A stretch of 63,927 bases of DNA, filler included, from Guillardia theta CCMP2712 (lineage: Eukaryota > Protista > Cryptophyta): the NCBI RefSeq assembly GCF_000315625.1. It is 6 parts of 6 records of this genome, joined end to end, with 100 filler letters (N's around TTAATTAATTAA, not from the genome) between each part and the next. Parts side by side here need not be neighbours in the genome. Positions count along the whole stretch, not along the records: positions 38,689 to 62,730 come from NW_005434625.1; positions 62,831 to 63,927 come from NW_005434542.1; 4 more parts are not named here. One strand, 5' to 3'. Below the pieces are notes generated by a model. It saw only the letters and a program-made list of their open reading frames with translations. It did not search any database and was not told where the DNA came from. Numbering within the stretch: position 1 is the stretch's first letter; the number at the start of each line of letters is the position of its first letter. The translations under genes were made by a program, and so were the position numbers. Positions 56,609 to 63,927 of the stretch are shown piece after piece.

Positions 56609-59056
56609 CTAGTCCTCAAACATCTTCCGCATGTCTTGCAAGGCCCGCATGATCTCCCGCATGAACCTCTCGGAGTCCGTCACCTTGCAAGAGCGCTTGC
56701 TGCTTACGTGGAAGAAAGTGCGATCGTCGTCTGCCATCATGTACGAGACACCATAGCCATCATCGGCCACAGGGCCGAAACCTCCGCTAGGCGAGACCAT
56801 GTTGGGATCGGTCGTCACGAACTCAGTCTGACGCTGGGGGATCTGAGATGTGCTCAGCTTCCACGGCATGCTCAGAGCGTCCTTGAGGAACTTCACTTCC
56901 AGCCCGAGGCCCGTGGCGGCGACATAGAGGGCGAAGAGATGCCTGTCCACCCCTCGACCCAGCGAGGCATCGCGCGAGTAGCGCTGGTGCTGGTCAGCAG
57001 CCTTGTAGAGCGCGGCGATCTTGTCCTTCTTGGGAACGTCATCGCTCAGGATCTGCATCACTGCGTTCTTCGACTCCAGCGACACCGAGCGGATCGTCTC
57101 CGTCCTCCCCTCGTTGAACAGTCTCACGGCCGCGGCCTCGTACGTCAGCGCCAGCGACCCTCGATCCCTGTGGTAGGCGATCTGCAGCGCGACTTGGATC
57201 CAGGCATCGGGGCTGCACTTGTGCTTCTTCATGAAACCTTTCCCATAGCCTCCCTTGGACACTTCGCAAGAGTCTACCACAAGGTGCAGATCTTTGCATT
57301 GCTCTGCCGAAAGCTGCGCTGCCTCCAAAATGGCGTCGCGGGCCTCCGGCCAAAAGCGCCACTCGAGCTTGGCCGGGTGAATTTGTCGCTTTTCAAGGGT
57401 CTCGCGTTTGACGTTTGTCTTTGGAGCAAGCTTAGAATGATCAGCAAGCGGCTGGATGTCATCTGGAGCCTTCAAGGTTCCATCAGGATGGTATGGTTTC
57501 AAGGCATACTCCTGATACAGCACCCACTCCCACCCATGCGCGATCACTGGAGCATCAGCCCATGAATGTTCGGCATGTACGGAAGCTTCTCCGTTACTGT
57601 ACACCAGGAGGTTGAACGACTTGTCACACCACCGAGTGTTTCCCTCGCCATGCAGCGACAGCCTCGCGGTCTCGCTCCAGTTCTTAGGCGAGCGATCGTC
57701 CAGGTGCAGGAAAAACATGGCGTGCTCAATCTCGTCGAGCGACAACTTGTTCAGCCCAGATCCGAAGTGCTCTTCGCGGATCTCAGCCCATCTAGTGCGG
57801 TTCAGGGCTGTTAGAGCAGGCAGATTTGCCTCGGCATCGGCAGGATCTGGGACAGGGATAACCTTTCCGACAGATCCCACAATGAAGTCAAGCTGGTTCT
57901 GAATCTCATGGATAGATAAGGGACTTCTCTGATGATCGAAGACCTCCACGCGCCAGAAGGTTCCCTTGTACAACACGGCGATATGGAGCGAGTCCGTATG
58001 ACGGAGAACGTCGTCGTCTCTTCCGGGGATTCTGCACAGGCAGAACATTCGCTCGTACTGTCGCATGCAGATCGGCACAGTGCCGCGAATGGTCATGGGC
58101 TTCAGGCGTTCGGTGTCCAGGATGACTTTGAACCTGGCGTAGAGGTGAACAAGGACGGCAGCTCGGTGCGTCTGATGATGAGAGGGGATCATGTTGGCGT
58201 ATCCTAGCCCGTAGTAGTTGGAGTTGATCAGAATCGGCGAGCGGGACCTTAGGTAGATGTACTTTTCCCACCAATCAGACACATAGTTGCCCGACAAGAA
58301 GCTTTTCATGATCAGGAGAGTTTGCAACTTCCGAGCTTCTGAAGACTTCTCAAACCCCACAGCGTCTCTCTCCACATTCTCGTACTCCTTCTCAGTGAGG
58401 AGAGGCTGCACTGATCGCAGGTACTTCTTGATTGTGCTCTGCAGCGGAGGAACAGCCAACCGGGGCATGGCGTTTTGGAACGAATAGGTCAAGGGCTCGC
58501 GCTGGCCAAGGAAGAACCCGCGCAAGATTGCACCCCATGCCATGGTAAGGTAAGATGGCTTCTTCTCATACATCCAGTTCTTGTAGTTCAACAGTATTCG
58601 CATGCAGAATCGCTGCACCAGCGCGACGACAAGCATAGAAAGCAAGGCCGACCACCCCGACAGGTAGCAGATCCTGAAGTACTTGGGAAGGTAAGCGGCG
58701 ACCCCGAAGAGGCCGACAAAGTTCTCGTCCACCGACCATAGGAAGCTTGCGATGGGCCCGCTCCTCCACCACGAGTGATCAGGCGAGTACATGACTCCTC
58801 CAACAAAGACTGTGATGCCTGCGAGCGCTGACCAAACAGGTACTGGCCAGCAGGCTGTCTGGAAATGGTAGTACAGATGTTTGAACTTGTGGAGAATGAG
58901 ATTGAGGAGGCTGTCAGCAGATGGGATAACAATGAGGAGCCCACCATCAAGGGCATGCACTTGCGGGCCTCGGAACTTTGCTCGTGATGAGATGGCGTCC
59001 AGTTGCAAGAGAGAGCCAACTCTGATGTTGTTGACAGCCGCGCGCGCTTCTGCCAT
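56609..59056 (-). CDS. CPT1: Carnitine O-palmitoyltransferase 1-like, intronless
   Basis: MAEARAAV start, two N-terminal TM segments, SFQNAMPRLAVP, NYVSDWWEKYIYL, RWCDKSF, catalytic EHSWADAP, SPDAWIQ, TYE..GRTETIRS, GVDRHLF, LSTSQ, GGFGPVADDGYGVSY. Confidence 0.95.
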   Translation of the reverse strand: MAEARAAVNNIRVGSLLQLDAISSRAKFRGPQVHALDGGLLIVIPSADSLLNLILHKFKHLYYHFQTACWPVPVWSALAGITVFVGGVMYSPDHSWWRSGPIASFLWSVDENFVGLFGVAAYLPKYFRICYLSGWSALLSMLVVALVQRFCMRILLNYKNWMYEKKPSYLTMAWGAILRGFFLGQREPLTYSFQNAMPRLAVPPLQSTIKKYLRSVQPLLTEKEYENVERDAVGFEKSSEARKLQTLLIMKSFLSGNYVSDWWEKYIYLRSRSPILINSNYYGLGYANMIPSHHQTHRAAVLVHLYARFKVILDTERLKPMTIRGTVPICMRQYERMFCLCRIPGRDDDVLRHTDSLHIAVLYKGTFWRVEVFDHQRSPLSIHEIQNQLDFIVGSVGKVIPVPDPADAEANLPALTALNRTRWAEIREEHFGSGLNKLSLDEIEHAMFFLHLDDRSPKNWSETARLSLHGEGNTRWCDKSFNLLVYSNGEASVHAEHSWADAPVIAHGWEWVLYQEYALKPYHPDGTLKAPDDIQPLADHSKLAPKTNVKRETLEKRQIHPAKLEWRFWPEARDAILEAAQLSAEQCKDLHLVVDSCEVSKGGYGKGFMKKHKCSPDAWIQVALQIAYHRDRGSLALTYEAAAVRLFNEGRTETIRSVSLESKNAVMQILSDDVPKKDKIAALYKAADQHQRYSRDASLGRGVDRHLFALYVAATGLGLEVKFLKDALSMPWKLSTSQIPQRQTEFVTTDPNMVSPSGGFGPVADDGYGVSYMMADDDRTFFHVSSKRSCKVTDSERFMREIMRALQDMRKMFED

Positions 59057-61379
59057 CTTGCCGCACAAGGATTGAGCACAACCGTGTACTTAAGCTTGAT
59101 TCGAGTCCACTTTGAAGGAAGTTATAGATTGCCTACAATTCAATGGATCAGCAATGAATGTCAGCAATCTCTCCTTGAAAAATTGATTTGACAACACTAA
59201 GTCTCTTCCGCACATCAGGCACGCCTCTTCCTTCCTTGCGTAGTCTGATCTGAGCTTCCGCAATCCCGATAGACTATCCCCCTCTTCTTAGAAACACAAT
59301 CATCATATTGCTTAACCTTTCCTGTAGAGCAAGTACTGCCTTCCCGCTTCTCGATTAATCACATTCTCGAATTTTCCGAGGTACCTTGGAGCTCGCCCTT
59401 TCACGAATCCTGTGCTATTCTACCTCCTCTCATATCTTCATTGCATGAATCTGATACTCTCATGCTTCTATCTCCTCTGGCTACCCTCCTCACTCTTCTC
59501 TCCTCCTCTCCTCCTCTCCTCCTCGCATAATTTTGCCTTTCCCCGCTGTCCGCTCGCAGCAGTCGCTAGGGGGCGGATCTTATAGGGGGCCGACCCAAAA
59601 GGGGGTGATGGTACACAATTGCGATCGAACACGGGTACTTTAGACTTATTTTTCAGGGGTAGAGGGTCTAACAGACCGACCGAAACAAGGGGGGTGCTGG
59701 AGCTGCTTTTAAAAGGTCTTTATACAGAGAGACGCTTAAAAATATATTAAAGTAAATCGTTTGTTGATTTATATCGTTTCGGGGAATACCATTTCATTTT
59801 TAGAGCTAGCATGGTACCTTACCCCCTGTAGAACGCAGTCATAACGTGGGTATCGGGGTGGAGGCCGAGATCGAAAACAGAGGAGTTCGGAATAGACGCA
59901 CAACCCAAGATTTTCCACATTTAGATGAATTGTTTGTAATCTTCTTCTAGATGTTCAAATTTCTAGATAAATAGTTCAAACTTTAGAGAAATGGTTTGAA
60001 AATGAGGACAACACGGCTATGGTTCGGATAAAGGACATGCGCAATGCAACTCGTCGTTCAAAAGTAATTTATCTTATGGGGACTCAAAAATTCTTTTAAA
60101 AATTCGTATGTGTGTGTCTCAAGTTTTCCAGTACACTTTAAAATATTTATCTAAGGGGTACGTTTGCTTTCCTGCACGGTCAATTGAAGGGGTGGGAGCT
60201 CCTAGGAAGTCCTTTAAAATGCTAGCAAGCCTTTTAAAACCACAAATAGATTACAATAGTTTTTATACAAATTCGAATGATCAGTTGCCCCTGCACCCCT
60301 CGGGTTCTTTCAAGGGGAAACTGAGGGGTCTGGTACTTTAGCGTTGAGTAAAAATAAGCAGTACTATGCAATACACACTCGCCGGGCCGCACTCAGGCGC
60401 CCCTCAGAGTCAGGCGCACTGGCGCGACCGCAGTGCGGCACTGCGCACGCCCGGAGCCGGCGGCGGTCAGTTTCTCGGCCGGGTCGGGGCCGGGCCGAGA
60501 GATGATCAGCCTCGGAAGTTCAGGGCCCGGCGGCCGGGCGGCCGGGGGGGTCACGGGCCGTCACTGAGTGACCGTGCCTCCCCGCCGGGCCCTCAGCCGG
60601 ACTACGCCTCCGAGTCGGCGGACCGCCGGTGACCGTGACTCAGTGACGGTTACTCCGGGGTGCCGCCGGGGCCGCGCGGGGCGCGGCCGTTGCGGCGCCG
60701 GGGGGGGGGGGGGCGGGCGGGCCGCGACTGACAGTCGGGACTACCCGGGCCCGGCGGAGCAGTGTCCGAGCCTCGGAGACTCAGCTCCGGGTGCCAAAGG
60801 AGTCACCCCCCGGGATGTCCGGCCCGCTGTATGCGGCTACTGAGCCTAGCACGGCCCGCCCGACCGTCGGACGCCACCGTGCCCCGCGTACTACCGTACG
60901 CCGTGACGCCGGTCGGCGACTGAGTCTTGTACCCGCGCGGGGGCCGGGCGGCCACTGAGGACTGAGCCTGCCCTGGTTTGGGGTCACCGTGCCACGGTGC
61001 CATTCAATGATTGGCGGCGCCGCCGGCCGGGCGCCGGCGCGGCGCCGGCCCCGCCCCGGCCAGGTACGGTCCATCTCACACAAATGGGCAGCTGTGATAG
61101 AATAGAAGCGTTACTAGTACAAGCACAGGAGGGCAGCAAGGCAGCATTTGATAGAAAACCCCGGTGGCTGAGGATCGTGAGGATCGAGGGGCTTGACTGG
61201 GTCCACCTGGAAGCAGCAGGAGCAGCAGGAGCAGCAGGAGCAGCAGGAGCAGCAGGAGCAGCAGGAGCAGCAGGAGCAGCAGGAGCAGCAGGAGAGGGAG
61301 GGGGAGAGGGATATCAGTGGGAACAGCAAACGCTTGCAGCGAGCAAGCGTTGGAGCAATAGCAAGGCAACAGCGAACAA

Positions 61380-62676
61380 GTGGACGAGGTCTGGAAGAGG
61401 GCCGAAAGATGCTTGCCTGACGGAACAGAACCAGAAGATAAGGAGAGCGAGAAGGAATCTGCACATCCTCCTCTCACAGGGAGCTGCTTGCGAGTTGCCG
61501 AGGTTTGGGGGATCGCCGTCACCTCATGGGGGGGAAGGGGATCGGCATGCTACGAATCGAGATGTCCAGCACGGAGCTCCTTTGATCCAGACAACGAGAC
61601 GATGGAGGAGGGACCCTTGTTCCCCCTCAACAGCAACGATTATCTCATCTTCTTCCTGACCTTCTGCGCATCCGGTATGTCCAGTGCTCCTTAGCCTCCC
61701 GTGGGTGTTGACCGGCTCTGTAGCTCTCGGCGCAGCAGGAGGGATAGGAGGAGGAGGGATCATGGTGCCCCTCCTGGTCAGCGTCGGCGGCTTCAGGTCC
61801 TCACCTCTTCTTCCTCGTTACGCACTGATCCGAACCTCCTCTTCCAGCGTCCATCACGCCATTCCCCTCACGCAGGCAACAGGTATGTCTGCCCTCCTGC
61901 TGAGTCTTCCCTGACCGACTGATGAAAGTCCTCGGTGCCTCCATCATGAATCTCATCTACAACGTCCGCAAGCGCAACCCGGTCTTGGATCGACCGCTCA
62001 TCGACTACAACACGTGAGAAGAGGAGGGAGGTGTAGTCGACCGGCTGACAGAAGCATGCAGGGCCTTGATCCTTGAAGTGACGACGCTGCTCGGCACAGT
62101 GAGCGGGTCGACTGCCTTGATAGCGAGTGGCTGAAGGAGGAGCAGGTCATTGGAGTGGATGTGAACAAGATCTCTCCTGTCTGGCTCATCACAATCCTGC
62201 TCATCGTCACCCTTGGGTACACCACCTACCGGACTCTGCGCAAGGTGACGCCTCCTCTGGCGAGTCTCCCGCCTGACGACGATGGAAGGGGCTCGAGCTG
62301 CGCGCGATCGAGACAGGAGGAGGAGAGCAGGAGGTGCAGCGGGCCGTGCCCATCCCCATGGATGAAGAGCATGCGGTAAGTGAGGGCTGGAGGGAGGAGA
62401 CGCTGACGGGAGGGGCGATGGAGCAGCTCGAGGAGGAGGAGAGCAGCGAAGCTGATGCGCTGATGCCCACCACTGTGCCGGTGCACCAGGACGTCCATCA
62501 AGATGTTAGTGGGAGGATGGAGGCGAATTGAACGTGGGAGAAGGAGGTGGAGCTTGATGACGGGGCGCAGGTGGAGTTAGAGGAGCTCGACCCTAACAGC
62601 GAAGCGAGCGGCTCGTCAGATCGGAAGACTCTCGTGGCTATCCTACAGGAGGAGAGAAAGATTCCGGTCTCGCAGG
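61380..62676 (+). CDS. TauE/SafE (sulfite exporter family) membrane protein, multi-exon, start uncertain, cut by gap
   Basis: ALGAAGGIGGGGIMVPLL, AIPLTQAT, RPLIDYN, TLLGT|VIGVDVNKISPVWLITILL..TTYRTLRK. Confidence 0.88.
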
Positions 62677-62830
62677 TCCTTATCTTCCTCATCTTGTTAT
62701 CCTTCCGATCCCCCTCGCCTCCTCCTCTCCNNNNNNNNNNNNNNNNNNNNNNNNNNNNNNNNNNNNNNNNNNNNTTAATTAATTAANNNNNNNNNNNNNN
62801 NNNNNNNNNNNNNNNNNNNNNNNNNNNNNN

Positions 62831-62941
<111 letters not shown>

Positions 62942-63012
62942 ATGATGATGATAAGGAGAACCTGAACAAGAATTCTCACTTCATTGCTTCTTCTAGATCA
63001 ATTCTCTTCATA

Positions 63013-63494
63013 GCAACATCTGGTTCTTCACTAGCAAACAAACTGATTGCCCGGCTTCCTCCTGTGCCGCCAGGAATGTCCTTCCGGTAATGATCTCGCA
63101 CCCTTGCTCCTGCTCCTGCGCCTGCTTCCTGTGCTCCTGCTCCTGTTTTCTGCTCTTTGCTCTTTGCTCCTTGCTCCTTGCTCCTTGCTCCTTGCTCCTG
63201 CTCGTCCTCCTTGTCCTCCCTTGTCCTTGTCCTCTTTCTTGCCCTCCTCCTCCTTCTGCTTGGTTCCTAATGCTTCTACCTCCTCCTCCCCTCTCCATGT
63301 GTTCCATCTTTTTCTTATCTCTGCGAGCAGGAAGAAATCGGCAAGATGTCGACGGCCATTCCCGGAAGCTCGCTCAAGTCCCTGGATGTAGCTTCTCCTC
63401 CTCCTCCTGCTCCCCCTCCTCCTCCTCGTCCTGCTCCTGCTCCTCGTCCTGCTCCTGCTCCTGCTCCTGCTCCTCGTCCTGCTCCTGCTCCTCG

Positions 63495-63532
<38 letters not shown>

Positions 63533-63717
63533 TCTCAACCCTCCGTCTCCTTCTCGTGCTCTGCTTCTGCTGTTGCTTCTTCTGCTTCTTCCTCTTACGC
63601 ACAATCTGACATGTCTCGCAGCTCAAGTTTCCTCTTCCTGTCCTGCAAGGCGGCGTCCTCCGCGTGTGGGGCAGTAAGACGCACGTCGGCCTGGACAATA
63701 TCACCATCTTCATGCAG
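63013..63717 (+). CDS. Exon fragments of an unidentified gene
   Basis: Short non-repetitive AG/GT-bounded segments (LIARLPPVPPGMSFR, EEIGKMSTAIPGSSLKSLD, LKFPLPVLQGG..NITIFMQ) between microsatellites. Confidence 0.35.
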
Positions 63718-63927
63718 GTTGAGGAGGAGGAGGAGGCGGAGGCGGAGGCGGAGGCGGAGGCGGAGGCGGAGGCGGAGGCGGAGACGGAGGTGGAGGCGGA
63801 GGAGCTGCAGGAGGAGGAGGAGGAGGAGGAGGAGCTGCAGGAGGAGGTGGAGGAGCTGCAGGAGGAGGAGCTGGAAGAGGCAGAGAGGAGGAGCAGATCA
63901 GGAGGAAGGAAGAGGCAGGAGAGAGAG

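Noticed and set aside
60366-61083. Short Arg/Gly/Pro/Ala-rich ORFs in GC islands (also 19323-19998, 24349-24950)
   Set aside because: Stop-poor composition explains them; no coding signature.
39532-62676. SulP plus TauE as a sulfur gene cluster
   Set aside because: About 20 kb apart with unrelated genes between them.

Overview
Eukaryotic nuclear DNA with short GT-AG introns, often filled with microsatellites, and five N-gaps carrying a TTAATTAATTAA assembly linker. The style suggests a cryptophyte alga such as Guillardia theta; this is inferred, not proven. Recognisable genes, in order: a ZFYVE1/DFCP1-like GTPase-FYVE protein, a PH-domain single-domain voltage-gated cation channel with an EF-hand, a Ty3/Gypsy retrotransposon (LTR, PBS, gag-pro-RT), a Rab GTPase, a prolyl-4-hydroxylase-like 2OG dioxygenase, a CRAL-TRIO protein, an organellar valyl-tRNA synthetase, a CENP-B/pogo-type DNA-binding protein, a truncated Crypton-type tyrosine recombinase, a SulP/SLC26 transporter, a TPR protein, a Sel1-repeat protein, CPT1 and a TauE/SafE transporter. 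Most notable: (i) an AT-rich module at 33.6-38.5 kb bounded by direct repeats, holding a zinc-finger Crypton recombinase, duplicated GCGAAGC hairpins around a 32-bp minisatellite and a possible cargo gene; (ii) the PH-channel-EF-hand architecture; (iii) ubiquitin-tail-like RLRGG motifs after N-terminal leaders in two unrelated proteins; (iv) nested inverted repeats at 16.6-19.3 kb; (v) recurring motif-defined intergenic islands. Exon boundaries were read by eye and all family calls come from recalled motifs, not searches.
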